Positions 1 to 9,784 of a DNA stretch of 64,000 bases are shown piece by piece (position 1 is the stretch's first letter; every line of letters starts with the position of its first letter). The notes beneath the pieces were generated by a model. It saw nothing but the letters and a program-made list of their open reading frames with translations. It made no database searches and had not been told where the DNA came from. A program made the translations under genes and the position numbers. This DNA is from a virus (taxonomy: Duplodnaviria > Caudoviricetes). Location of the stretch: the IMG/VR virus record IMGVR_UViG_3300025129_000005; one strand, given 5' to 3'.

Positions 1-1
1 A

Positions 2-2821
2 ACCGATGCAACTTTTCAGGGTGATATAATTTCTCCTGATGGGACGACAATCTTTAGTAACGGTGATCTTATTGATGGTTCTGATTCTTTATTAACAAGT
101 AATGTAATAGGTAATGTAACAGGGGGTATTACGGCAACTTCACTGAATGTTACTGGTAATATCACATCAAATATTATACCGAATGTTACAAACACCTATA
201 CATTAGGTGACAATACCCATAGATGGGCTAATGTATATACCGGAACAATAACATCAGGGACAATTATTTCTACAAGCATCATAGGTACTGTTATTGGCGA
301 TTTAACTGGTGATTTGATTGCTATAACAACAAATGCTGTTAATATAACAACAACAGGTGATATTAATGTTGGTGGGACGTTAACATCTGATATTATTATA
401 ACACCACAACTTGACGGTAATATCAAGGGTAATATTTTAAATTCTGATGATGTTTTCATTTTTAACAGTGGCGGTAATGGAAATGATGCTGAGTATACAG
501 GCAACGTAACCGGTGATATAAGGTCTGGTAACGGTGTTGTTATATTAGATAACGGGTCTGATGGTACTGATGCAGTTTTTGTAGGTAATCTAACAAAGAC
601 AACAGGTGTTAGTGTTACGAGTGTATCAAACTCAGTGGATCAATATACAGGCGCTCTTAGGGTTGCTGGTGGTATTTCACTGGAAAAAGATATATGGATT
701 GGAGGAACTGCACACGTTCTTGGTTCATTCATACTCTCAGGTGCATTCAGTGTCCCTTATGCCACGATAGTTCAGGCTGAAATTACAAGTACAGCATCAT
801 CATTTGATAAAAATACAGGGGCTTTGGTTCTTACACACGGAGGTCTTGGTGTTGAAGAAAATGCCAACATAGGCGGTTACGTCACTATAGGCGAAACTCT
901 CGATGTCATTGGTTCTACATATCTTCACAGCACGTTAAGAGTTGACGGTTCTGTTGATATAAACAATTACATTGACATAGATATAACTGGCGCTCCGGGT
1001 GACGCATTTTCACTTAACACTGATGGTTCTGTTACATTCGTTAACAATTCGTTTGATATAGACAGTAACGATGTGATTGGTATTGATACAGACACAACCC
1101 TTACACTAACAGGTACAACTAATCTCGATATAAATGGTGGAGATGTAACTTTTGACAGCACTGGAACTATGGTTATAGGTTCTATAGGGTCAACTACTAT
1201 AACATCGGGTGATACTTACAGTATAACCGCAGATAATCAACTTAACATCACAAGTACAGTTGGAGATTTGTGGTTGTATTCTGGTGACAATTTTAAAGTG
1301 GTAGGCTATAACACACTTAATATTGAAAGTCCTGTCTCAACCATCGGATTAAATAATACTCAACTTCTTAACATAACTTCCAAGGTTAATAGTAATATTA
1401 TACCAAGCGGTACAAATACGTTAGATATTGGTGGTGTTGGAGAAGCTTGGAGAGATTTTTATGTTAACAGAGTATTAGTTGAAGGTGGTAACACAACAAC
1501 TAATAACAACACAGGAGACGTTATTGTTATCGGTGGTATTGCGACCCAGAATAATTTATGGGTTGATGGTAACACTGATATCATTGGAACACTTGATGTT
1601 GTAAGTAATACAACTATTGGTGGAACACTTGATGTTGTAAGTAATACAACTATTGGTGGAACACTTGATATATCTGGCATCACAACCATAACAAATACAA
1701 CACAATCAGTAGATGTTGCTACAGGTGCGTTGGTTGTTGATGGTGGTGTGGGTATAGCGAAAAATGTATTCATAGGTGGTAATATAGAAGCCGGTGATAT
1801 TACGGCACATATAAGTTTTCATGGTCAATTAATCGGAAATGTCATTGGTAATGTTACAGGAACTCTTGATGGTGATCTTCTCAACATGGTGACACATGGT
1901 GTTGCAATGGAGCTTGCTGATTATTTAGCTGTTGGTACATCACTAAGTGTTAATGGTATCTCAACACTAAATGATGATCTTTATGTTGATGGTAATACAA
2001 CAGTTACCGGTAATTTAGATGTTATTGGTGATCTTATTGTTCAGGGAACTCAGACAATAATTAACACCGAAACTATAACTTTACAAGATAATATGATCAT
2101 CTTAAATAATGGTCAAACTGGTATTCCATCTACATCACTGGTATCAGGATTTGAAGTTAATCGTGGAACAGAAGATAATTATAGATTTATGTTCCGTGAA
2201 ACTGATGACACTTTCCGTGTTGGTGCCGGGTTCTTATCAATAGAAGTTTCGCCGGGTGAAGGGGCTTTATTCCAAGTTGGTGAATTGGTAACAGATATAA
2301 CCACAGGTGCTTCTGGTACTGTAATATTAATTACAGGTGATATTCTTGATATTAATAAAACAGCCAATACAGCTGATTTTGTAAACGGAAACACTATTGA
2401 TAGTGCAAGTGTAGGAGCATCATCAACTATAGTATCAGTTATATATGGTGATCAAACACAAGCTGTTGCGACAAGAGAGGATGTACCTCTTGATACTGGT
2501 ATTGCGACATGGGATTCATCACAACAAATGTTTGTCGCCCTTTTATGGGAAACAGCGACTGATGCAATGGAGTTGATTCTTGGTCGTAAATATATTGTTG
2601 ATGATTCAGTTTCCACGTTAACATTACCTGCATCACCGTCAGAGGTCGGGCAAATTGTGACATTAAAAGACCTTGATGGTGTTTGGTTTTCTAACCCGGT
2701 AACACTAGGATCAAATGGTAACAACATTATGGGATCTGTACAAGATATAATTCTTAATGTCACAGGTGATACCCTTGAATTAGTGTGGTCTGGTAATGTT
2801 CAGGGATGGATAATTTTATAA
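2..2821 (+). CDS. Long tail fibre / virion structural protein, 5'-truncated by the window edge
   Basis: Frame is open from base 2 (TDATFQGDIISPDG...), upstream of the tracked TTG at 314. Gly/Thr/Val/Asn-rich beta repeats typical of fibre shafts. C-terminal YIVD..LP..P..G..V...D...NP.T...NG..I.G...D..L.V....LELVW....GW module shared with three other fibre genes here. Confidence 0.75.
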   Translation, partial: TDATFQGDIISPDGTTIFSNGDLIDGSDSLLTSNVIGNVTGGITATSLNVTGNITSNIIPNVTNTYTLGDNTHRWANVYTGTITSGTIISTSIIGTVIGDLTGDLIAITTNAVNITTTGDINVGGTLTSDIIITPQLDGNIKGNILNSDDVFIFNSGGNGNDAEYTGNVTGDIRSGNGVVILDNGSDGTDAVFVGNLTKTTGVSVTSVSNSVDQYTGALRVAGGISLEKDIWIGGTAHVLGSFILSGAFSVPYATIVQAEITSTASSFDKNTGALVLTHGGLGVEENANIGGYVTIGETLDVIGSTYLHSTLRVDGSVDINNYIDIDITGAPGDAFSLNTDGSVTFVNNSFDIDSNDVIGIDTDTTLTLTGTTNLDINGGDVTFDSTGTMVIGSIGSTTITSGDTYSITADNQLNITSTVGDLWLYSGDNFKVVGYNTLNIESPVSTIGLNNTQLLNITSKVNSNIIPSGTNTLDIGGVGEAWRDFYVNRVLVEGGNTTTNNNTGDVIVIGGIATQNNLWVDGNTDIIGTLDVVSNTTIGGTLDVVSNTTIGGTLDISGITTITNTTQSVDVATGALVVDGGVGIAKNVFIGGNIEAGDITAHISFHGQLIGNVIGNVTGTLDGDLLNMVTHGVAMELADYLAVGTSLSVNGISTLNDDLYVDGNTTVTGNLDVIGDLIVQGTQTIINTETITLQDNMIILNNGQTGIPSTSLVSGFEVNRGTEDNYRFMFRETDDTFRVGAGFLSIEVSPGEGALFQVGELVTDITTGASGTVILITGDILDINKTANTADFVNGNTIDSASVGASSTIVSVIYGDQTQAVATREDVPLDTGIATWDSSQQMFVALLWETATDAMELILGRKYIVDDSVSTLTLPASPSEVGQIVTLKDLDGVWFSNPVTLGSNGNNIMGSVQDIILNVTGDTLELVWSGNVQGWIIL
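1586..1669 (+). repeat. 36-bp in-frame tandem repeat (2 exact copies plus partial), GTLDVVSNTTIG
   Basis: ggaacacttgatgttgtaagtaatacaactattggt at 1586-1621 and 1622-1657, partial ggaacacttgat at 1658-1669. Confidence 0.95.
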
Positions 2822-2824
2822 ATA
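2817..2824 (+). promoter_or_regulatory. T4-type late (gp55) promoter TATAAATA
   Basis: Exact consensus overlapping the upstream stop codon, followed by SD aggag and ATG at 2843. Confidence 0.7.
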
Positions 2825-2842
2825 AAGAGTAGGAGATAATAT

Positions 2843-3280
2843 ATGTTATACCTGAGTAATTTTAAGACGTACCCGAAGGTTGTTACAAATAACCAAACGT
2901 CAGGTACCGTGACTATTGACTCGCTTGATGCGAGTATGTATAGGATGATTAAATATGACATTTTGATAGAAGATTTTTATACAAACTCTATATATCAAGG
3001 TCGATTTACAGTAACACATGATAGTTTGGACACTATAGTATCAGGGTTTGATTTGGTTATAGGGGGTGTTGATATAACATTAGATGCTGTTTATACAACA
3101 ATCGTGGACTATTATCCAACGGTTATAGATATTAATCTAACCTTTCCTGCTAATTTTAACGGAAGTTGGTCATTAACCAAAGAAGTTTTTATAAATATTT
3201 CAAATATACAACGTGATGGATTTGATGGACCTGGAGATGGTCTTTTCCCCGGTCCTTACTTGTATCCGAACAATAGTTAA
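2843..3280 (+). CDS. Small virion structural protein (fibre-associated), 145 aa
   Basis: Good SD. The TIDSLDASMYRMIKYDILIE...VTHD pattern resembles a small domain recurrent in T4-like phage structural proteins (recognised by eye). Confidence 0.5.
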   Translation: MLYLSNFKTYPKVVTNNQTSGTVTIDSLDASMYRMIKYDILIEDFYTNSIYQGRFTVTHDSLDTIVSGFDLVIGGVDITLDAVYTTIVDYYPTVIDINLTFPANFNGSWSLTKEVFINISNIQRDGFDGPGDGLFPGPYLYPNNS

Positions 3281-3297
3281 TACAGGAGGAACAATAA

Positions 3298-3720
3298 ATG
3301 TCTTACACAAAAACAACATGGGTGGATGGTCCTGGTGGTGGTACACCAATCAACGCTGTCACTTTAAATAATATCGAGGACGGTATCGAATCCGTTGAAA
3401 TGAAGTCTGTAGGAGGGTGGGTCACAAAAACATTTGCGGATGATGGTACAAGTATCGTACCATTTCAGAAAGTTTTTGTTGATACAACAGGCGGAGCATT
3501 TGGTTTGGTATTACCTCTTACACCCGAAAACGGAACGACTGTTAAATTTGTTGATGTTAAAAGTAACTTTTCAACAAATAAGTTCACTATAAATGTGGGG
3601 GCAGGGGTTCTTTTGATGGGTGTAGCTGATGATTTCCTTGACCTTGTATCTGATAATGATTTTCTTGATATTACATATTTCAGTGCCGACGATAATTGGG
3701 TTGTGACAAACAAACCATAA
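3298..3720 (+). CDS. Small fibre-associated structural protein, 140 aa
   Basis: SD aggagg. N-terminal YTKTTW.DG....TPINA..LNNIE.GI motif of phage minor structural proteins, plus the shared FVDT..G...LP..P..G C-terminal module. Confidence 0.55.
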   Translation: MSYTKTTWVDGPGGGTPINAVTLNNIEDGIESVEMKSVGGWVTKTFADDGTSIVPFQKVFVDTTGGAFGLVLPLTPENGTTVKFVDVKSNFSTNKFTINVGAGVLLMGVADDFLDLVSDNDFLDITYFSADDNWVVTNKP

Positions 3721-3786
3721 AAATAGATCATAAATTATTCTTTTTATAGATAATATAATAAAACTCATAGTGGAGGTTTGGAAGCT

Positions 3787-5394
3787 ATGTCAAACATAGA
3801 TTTTAAAGTAAAAAAAGGTATTAATGTTAATAATGGATTGTTTGTGGCGAATGAACACGGAGTCCACATTAACAATACTCCCGTCACAACACAAACAGAT
3901 ATTAATAATCTCAAATCAACATTGGATGCTGATATATCTAGCGTACAAACACAAGTCACAACTATACTTGATAAAGGTGTTGACACTCTAACTGAATCTG
4001 AATTAACCCAATTAAATAACATTGATTCAACCACAATATCATCCACTCAATGGGGGTATGTTGGTACATTGGATCAGGGTTTAACTACTAGAACCAGAAC
4101 AAACTTTGGTGGTCTTACTATCAAACCCGTTGTTGTTGATAGTAGTTTACCGGAATTCTCTTTAAGGGGTTTACAAAATCAGGCTAGGAACCTGTTGGAG
4201 ATAAAAGAACCTGTATCTGTCAGTGAAAATGTCATCTTAAGTATTGAGTCGAGTGGTCGCATGATCTTTAATAACTATGAGGATCAACAGGCTTTTTCTA
4301 TAACTCAACATACGGATAATGGCGTATTAGAATTAAATAATACCCCTACAAGTTCGGGTGGATCATTTTTAACAATATATAATAATAGTGATATGTGGGG
4401 TGATGTATTTATTGATTGTATATACACTTTAACAGGAGATTCTCTATTTACTGTTGACGGATCAGGTAATGTTGCAGCTAATAGCTTAGATGTTACTACT
4501 GATATCATACTTAAAGGTGATAATAATGCAACATCAATGATTATAGATTATATAGGTACTGGTGGAGAAGGTGGTTATGGTTACATTAATCTTACGTATG
4601 ATGAGCCTTCTGATCTACGAATACAAACTGGTGTCACTAATTATGTAACAATGGATGGTGGTTTAAGTGTTGCGGGTAATGTTATATCTGGTACATGGAA
4701 TGCTACTGCTATCGGCGCTACTTACGGAGGTACGGGACAAACATCATATACTGTTGGTGATATTATTTATGCTGACACAACAACAACATTAACCGTACTA
4801 CCAGATGTTGATGTAGGTAGCGTGTTGATATCAGGTGGGGAGGGTGCAATCCCTTCATATGGCAAGGTTGATTTAACTTTACATGTCTCTGGTACATTGC
4901 CTGTCACGAGTGGAGGTACGGGGTTATCTACTGTTGTCTCGGGTGACATTATATACGCAAGTGCTAATGATACTATATCATCACTTGCGAAGACGGTTGA
5001 TGGTCAGGTATTAAATCTTAGTTCGGGGTTACCTTCTTGGACTGATTCTATTAGTGTTAGAGAACCTTGGGTTGTTATTACAGCAACCGCTGATTCTACA
5101 ACAGCGGATGATTTTACTGCACTTCCTAACAAAAAATATATGGTTGATAGCAATCTGAGAACGGGTGGTTTTATTACTATGACTCTTCCTACTTTGACTA
5201 CAGAGGTTGGAACTACCGTCACTGTTACGGACATGAAAGGTGATTTTGCTGTTGCCGGTACAAAAAATGTTATATCTAATGTTACAACAATAAATGGATT
5301 AAGTCAGGCATGGGAATTTGATATTATTAATTCAACAACTCAATTGGTTTGGACAGGTGTGGATTATGGATGGAAGGTAATATCTGTTCAATAA
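3787..5394 (+). CDS. Tail fibre protein
   Basis: SD ggagg at 3772 favours ATG 3787 over TTG 3778. N-terminal DFKVKKG motif, GTLPV..GGTG....GDIIYA fibre repeats and the shared C-terminal module. Confidence 0.75.
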   Translation: MSNIDFKVKKGINVNNGLFVANEHGVHINNTPVTTQTDINNLKSTLDADISSVQTQVTTILDKGVDTLTESELTQLNNIDSTTISSTQWGYVGTLDQGLTTRTRTNFGGLTIKPVVVDSSLPEFSLRGLQNQARNLLEIKEPVSVSENVILSIESSGRMIFNNYEDQQAFSITQHTDNGVLELNNTPTSSGGSFLTIYNNSDMWGDVFIDCIYTLTGDSLFTVDGSGNVAANSLDVTTDIILKGDNNATSMIIDYIGTGGEGGYGYINLTYDEPSDLRIQTGVTNYVTMDGGLSVAGNVISGTWNATAIGATYGGTGQTSYTVGDIIYADTTTTLTVLPDVDVGSVLISGGEGAIPSYGKVDLTLHVSGTLPVTSGGTGLSTVVSGDIIYASANDTISSLAKTVDGQVLNLSSGLPSWTDSISVREPWVVITATADSTTADDFTALPNKKYMVDSNLRTGGFITMTLPTLTTEVGTTVTVTDMKGDFAVAGTKNVISNVTTINGLSQAWEFDIINSTTQLVWTGVDYGWKVISVQ

Positions 5395-5426
5395 TAAAAT
5401 ATGATATTTATGAGTAATTTAAAATA

Positions 5427-5434
5427 TATAAATA
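5427..5434 (+). promoter_or_regulatory. T4-type late promoter TATAAATA
   Basis: Exact consensus in the intergenic region, about 110 nt before ATG 5545. Confidence 0.7.
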
Positions 5435-5544
5435 ACAACAAACTCTAATGACTGACTGATTAAGTTCAGGTTTCTCTACCTAACCTTTCGGGGAAGAGTA
5501 ACACAGATTAGAGATAGAAGGGAATAAATTATTGGAGAAAGGAT

Positions 5545-6381
5545 ATGAAATTTTACGGAATAGACGTACAGGGTTATTTTAAATTAAAGGAGTATGTGGA
5601 TCTATTACCTATTTATGACGGTGAAATTCACCGCAGAGATTTAGTTTATCTCAATGATAGTGTTTCGGGTAATGATAGAATATATATAGGGGGGAGAAGA
5701 GCAGGAAATTGGGTTGAAGTCATAACATCCCAAATCCTTAATAATAATTATTATACAGTAGACGCATCAAATTTGAAATTTTTATCAACATCAAATACTG
5801 GTGTGTTAGACGCGGATCAATGGATTGGTAAGGTTGTATTTGACCCTACACAATCAGGTTCTTATGTCATACCTTCAGGTTCAACTATCTGTAATGTTGC
5901 TAATTCAGGTGTATTTTATAATAATGCACAAGGGGCCAATCAGGTTGTGAAACGAGATTCTTCTGGTGATATATTTGCCAATATCGGACACTTAACTGCA
6001 ACTGCTGCTCAATATGCTGACTTAGCCGAAAAATATACATGTGATGAATCTATCCCTACGGGCACTGTTATGGAAGTTGATTTTAATTCAGATGACGAGG
6101 TAGTTGAATGTCAGTTTGAATTATCAACATCCGTTGTTGGTATAGTATCAGATAATCCTGCATATTTAATGAACTCTTCAAGTGAAGGTTTACCTATAGC
6201 ATTAACAGGTAAAGTTCCTGTGAGGATAATTGGATCAATTTCAAAGGGTGATTTTATCGTTTCCGCTGGAAATGGGTTAGCTCGTAAAGGACATAAATTA
6301 GAACTTCTCTATAAAATTGGTATAGCTTTAGAAAGTAATCTCGTTGATGAAGAAAAGTTAGTAACATGTATTATAAAATAA
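5545..6381 (+). CDS. Structural protein with C-terminal peptidase G2 / intramolecular-chaperone-like domain
   Basis: YADLAEKY...GTV......VVGIVS.NPAYLMN......IAL.GKVPV...G.I.KGD.IV motif typical of the phage fibre autocleaving chaperone domain. Confidence 0.65.
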   Translation: MKFYGIDVQGYFKLKEYVDLLPIYDGEIHRRDLVYLNDSVSGNDRIYIGGRRAGNWVEVITSQILNNNYYTVDASNLKFLSTSNTGVLDADQWIGKVVFDPTQSGSYVIPSGSTICNVANSGVFYNNAQGANQVVKRDSSGDIFANIGHLTATAAQYADLAEKYTCDESIPTGTVMEVDFNSDDEVVECQFELSTSVVGIVSDNPAYLMNSSSEGLPIALTGKVPVRIIGSISKGDFIVSAGNGLARKGHKLELLYKIGIALESNLVDEEKLVTCIIK

Positions 6382-6399
6382 AATGTATTGGAGTAAAAA

Positions 6400-7971
6400 A
6401 TGGGATGGCTGGCTAAACTAAAAAATAAAGATACTCCTATAGAAAGAATTGATGAGCAGTTGGATGCATTCAAGCCTAGACGAGAGAGAGCCTCAACAAA
6501 AAAGGCAAAATCTGGTGAAGGTCTTGAGGATATGGATTTTATCCTACAAGGTAATTACAATGCCTTGGGATTTAATAGCTTTTATCGTACATATATAAAC
6601 AAAACCTTTCAAAATGAGTTGGAGCGTCTTAAATATTATCGTGAAATGTCACAATATCCAGAGATTGCTGATGTTATAGAAGATGCCGCCATGGAATCTA
6701 CTCAAGAAGACTACGAAGGGCGTACCGTTAGATTAGAGGTCATCGACGAAGATTTTGCTTCTAATAAAAACATTGTAACAAATTTGCAGAAAGAATTCAA
6801 CGATTTGTTTTACAAGAAGATGAAAATTAAATGGGAAATGTGGAACCTGATGTATAACTATTTTGTTGACGGTAAGGTTTATTTTGAACATTTGATTAAT
6901 AAAAATCGACCTAAACAGGGAATTATAGGAATAAAAAGATTGCCTTCGGAAACAATGGATTTTGTATATGATCCGGTTACAGGGGAAATTGTTGCCTATT
7001 ATCAGTATTTGTCACTCAAACCAAGGCAACAACCACCTACAGTTGAAGATGCAATTAAAGATCCTAATATTATTGTATTTTATCCAGATCAAGTATCATT
7101 GGTACATTATGGATATCAAGGCGAGACTAAACGCGAGTTTCTTGGTTATCTCGAAAAAGCCAAACAACCATATAACAATTTAAGACTTCTTGAAACCTCT
7201 GTTGTTATATATCGTTTAATTCGTGCCCCTGAGAGATTCGTATTTTCAATTGATACGGGTAATATGCCTAAAGATAAGGCTATGAAATATGTAGAGAAGA
7301 TGAAGCAAAAATTTCAGAAAAAACAAACATATGATGCTGGTACTGGTAAATTAACAAATGAACCAGAAGTGTTTTCGATTCTTGAAAATTTTTTCTTACC
7401 CCAATCAGCTGATGGTCGCGGTTCAAGTGTTGATTCTGTTGGGGGAAACCCTAGCGGTTTTGCTGAGTTAGATGATTTGTATTACTTTCAAAGAAAAATG
7501 TATAAATCATTAAAATATCCAGCTTCGCGTGTAAGTTCATTACAGGAACGTGCAGAATCAGACATACTTTTTAATAACGGTCAAATGGGGGAAATAACTC
7601 GCGACGAAATTAAGTGGGCTAAATTCCTTGAAAGACAACAGATGAGATTTTGTAATGAATTTCTTAATCTATTTTTAATACACTTGGATTTAAAAGGTCT
7701 AAAGAAACAATATGATGTAAGTGAGGATAAAATAAGAGTTACTATGACCTCACCTAACCAATATCGTGATCATATGAGACAGGGCTTACAGGAAACTAAT
7801 TTTAATAACTATAATCAGTTAGCAAATAATGAAGAATTCTCTAAATACTATTTAATGAAGAGATATTTAAAATGGACTGATGTTGAAATAGATGCAAATG
7901 CTGCAGGTTTTAAGAGAGATAAAGAATTGATGCCAAGTGATGATGAATCGGGTGGCGGATTTGGATTTTAG
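6400..7971 (+). CDS. gp20: Portal protein (T4 gp20 family)
   Basis: YREMSQYPEI, LETSVVIYRLIRAPERFVFSIDTGNMPK and ENFFLP...GRGS motifs; 523 aa; sits before the protease, scaffold and capsid genes. Confidence 0.97.
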   Translation: MGWLAKLKNKDTPIERIDEQLDAFKPRRERASTKKAKSGEGLEDMDFILQGNYNALGFNSFYRTYINKTFQNELERLKYYREMSQYPEIADVIEDAAMESTQEDYEGRTVRLEVIDEDFASNKNIVTNLQKEFNDLFYKKMKIKWEMWNLMYNYFVDGKVYFEHLINKNRPKQGIIGIKRLPSETMDFVYDPVTGEIVAYYQYLSLKPRQQPPTVEDAIKDPNIIVFYPDQVSLVHYGYQGETKREFLGYLEKAKQPYNNLRLLETSVVIYRLIRAPERFVFSIDTGNMPKDKAMKYVEKMKQKFQKKQTYDAGTGKLTNEPEVFSILENFFLPQSADGRGSSVDSVGGNPSGFAELDDLYYFQRKMYKSLKYPASRVSSLQERAESDILFNNGQMGEITRDEIKWAKFLERQQMRFCNEFLNLFLIHLDLKGLKKQYDVSEDKIRVTMTSPNQYRDHMRQGLQETNFNNYNQLANNEEFSKYYLMKRYLKWTDVEIDANAAGFKRDKELMPSDDESGGGFGF

Positions 7972-8004
7972 AATATGTGAATACATAAAAAAGGAGAATA
8001 TGTT

Positions 8005-8205
8005 ATGCCAATAGACAACAAAAATATCAAAAAAGCAATGGACGATTTTGAAAATGATGACTTTATTAGTGCCAAGGATATCATTAAAGCAGAAATCAAG
8101 GGCGCTGTTAGTGATTATTTTAAAGATAAATTAGAACTACAAAATGATTTGGATCCAAAGACCGGAGTTGATACTACCAAAGCTGATAGTGACTCCGATG
8201 AATAA
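8005..8205 (+). CDS. Small prohead core protein (gp67-like)
   Basis: 66 aa, acidic, SD aaggag, between portal and protease as in T4-like phages. Assignment mainly by synteny. Confidence 0.55.
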   Translation: MPIDNKNIKKAMDDFENDDFISAKDIIKAEIKGAVSDYFKDKLELQNDLDPKTGVDTTKADSDSDE

Positions 8206-8217
8206 GGAGTAAATAAT

Positions 8218-8835
8218 ATGAAAAAGGGTTTTCTGATTACAGAATACAACCATGACCTTCAAATAAATGAAGGTAAAGATAAAAACTTATATGTAACCGG
8301 TATATTTTCTTCATTTGGTGATCGTAACAATAATGGTCGTGTTTATGAAGAGGATACAATGAAGCGTGAGGTTGATAAAATCTTAGGTAAAATAGAGAAA
8401 AAGTGTTTATGGGGGGAGCTTGGTCACCCACCTAATCCCGAAATCAACCCCGACAAAATTGCCATTAGAGTGGAATCTTTGGAATGGGAAGGTAAACATT
8501 TATATGGTAAAGCTAAAATACTCAACACACCACAAGGTCAGATTGCGAAAGAATTAGTAAAAGAAGGGATGATTGGTATTTCTTCGCGAGGTCTTGGTAC
8601 AGTATCGGAAGATGGAACTGTAAACGAAGATTATAATCTTTTGACATGGGATTTGGTTACTGACCCATCAAATGGACCATCATGGGTTAATGGTATATTT
8701 GAAGGTCGTACATGGGAAATATCCAAAGAAAAAGAATCTGAACCAGATGTTCCTCAGATCACTGAATCACAAGCAAAAGAAGAGTATTTTAGGTATATTA
8801 TAGATTCTATTCGTTGTATTGAAAAGAACTTATAG
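8218..8835 (+). CDS. gp21: Prohead protease (T4 gp21 family)
   Basis: GIF.....NNNGRVY, GELGHP and GISSRGLG catalytic motifs. Confidence 0.96.
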   Translation: MKKGFLITEYNHDLQINEGKDKNLYVTGIFSSFGDRNNNGRVYEEDTMKREVDKILGKIEKKCLWGELGHPPNPEINPDKIAIRVESLEWEGKHLYGKAKILNTPQGQIAKELVKEGMIGISSRGLGTVSEDGTVNEDYNLLTWDLVTDPSNGPSWVNGIFEGRTWEISKEKESEPDVPQITESQAKEEYFRYIIDSIRCIEKNL

Positions 8836-8906
8836 AAATCACGATAATGTGAATCCTTGGAAATAAAGGAAAAAATGGTTGTAGATATTATTGACTAACA
8901 GTTTCA

Positions 8907-8913
8907 CTAAATA
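8907..8913 (+). promoter_or_regulatory. Late promoter variant CTAAATA
   Basis: Intergenic, upstream of the scaffold and capsid genes. Confidence 0.5.
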
Positions 8914-8973
8914 TATATAGAGATTAGAAGGGTTTATTAACCTTTATTAAATATTCTAAGGAGGAATCCACAA

Positions 8974-9756
8974 ATGAATTTAAAAAAAATTCTAGAAATG
9001 CTTGAAGTAGAAAAGATTGATGAATCCAAACAATCTGAAATTAAAGATATCCTTAATACTATTATCGAATCAAAAGCGAAAGAAATTTCCGATAAAAGAA
9101 TTGAAGAGTCATTAATTGTAGAAAAGGATAAGTTGGTCGAAGAGTTTGAAACCAAGTTTGAAGATTACAAAGAGGATGTTACATCAAAGTTTAGTAATTT
9201 TGTTGATAGTATTCTTGAAGAAGAGATGATTATTCCTGATAAAATTATCAAATATGCTCGTTTAGGTGAACTGTATGAAGATTTGATTGACCAATTCAAA
9301 GTTCGTCTTGCTATTGATGAAGGTTTGCTTGATCAAGAAGTCAAATCTATCCTCAGTGAAGCAAAATCTGAAATTGAAACTCTTCGTAACAATGTCAATG
9401 AACTTACCGGTCAAAAACTTACACTTGAAAGGGATGCACGTGATCTTGCAACGCACGTATATTTGCGTAAGAAATGTGATGGTCTTACTGAGTCCCAAAA
9501 AACATCAGTAATGAGTATTTTAGAAGGATCATCCAAGGATGATATTGATAAAAAGTTTGAAATTGTACTTGAATCTATCAGATCTACCGATGATAAAGAG
9601 GAAATAAAAGAAGAAGTGAAAGTTGAAACAAAAATAGAGACAACCGAAGTAAAAGAATCGACAACCGAAGCTTCGGAGGAAGTGAAGGAAAAAATGAACG
9701 AAAGCAATTCCATGATGTCTCAGTGGAAAAAAATGCTTCGTGAAAACAAATTTTAA
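8974..9756 (+). CDS. gp22: Prohead core scaffolding protein (T4 gp22 family)
   Basis: Glu/Lys-rich coiled-coil protein of 260 aa between protease and major capsid gene. Confidence 0.85.
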   Translation: MNLKKILEMLEVEKIDESKQSEIKDILNTIIESKAKEISDKRIEESLIVEKDKLVEEFETKFEDYKEDVTSKFSNFVDSILEEEMIIPDKIIKYARLGELYEDLIDQFKVRLAIDEGLLDQEVKSILSEAKSEIETLRNNVNELTGQKLTLERDARDLATHVYLRKKCDGLTESQKTSVMSILEGSSKDDIDKKFEIVLESIRSTDDKEEIKEEVKVETKIETTEVKESTTEASEEVKEKMNESNSMMSQWKKMLRENKF

Positions 9757-9784
9757 TTTAAATTAATTTAGGAGGAATTTTATA

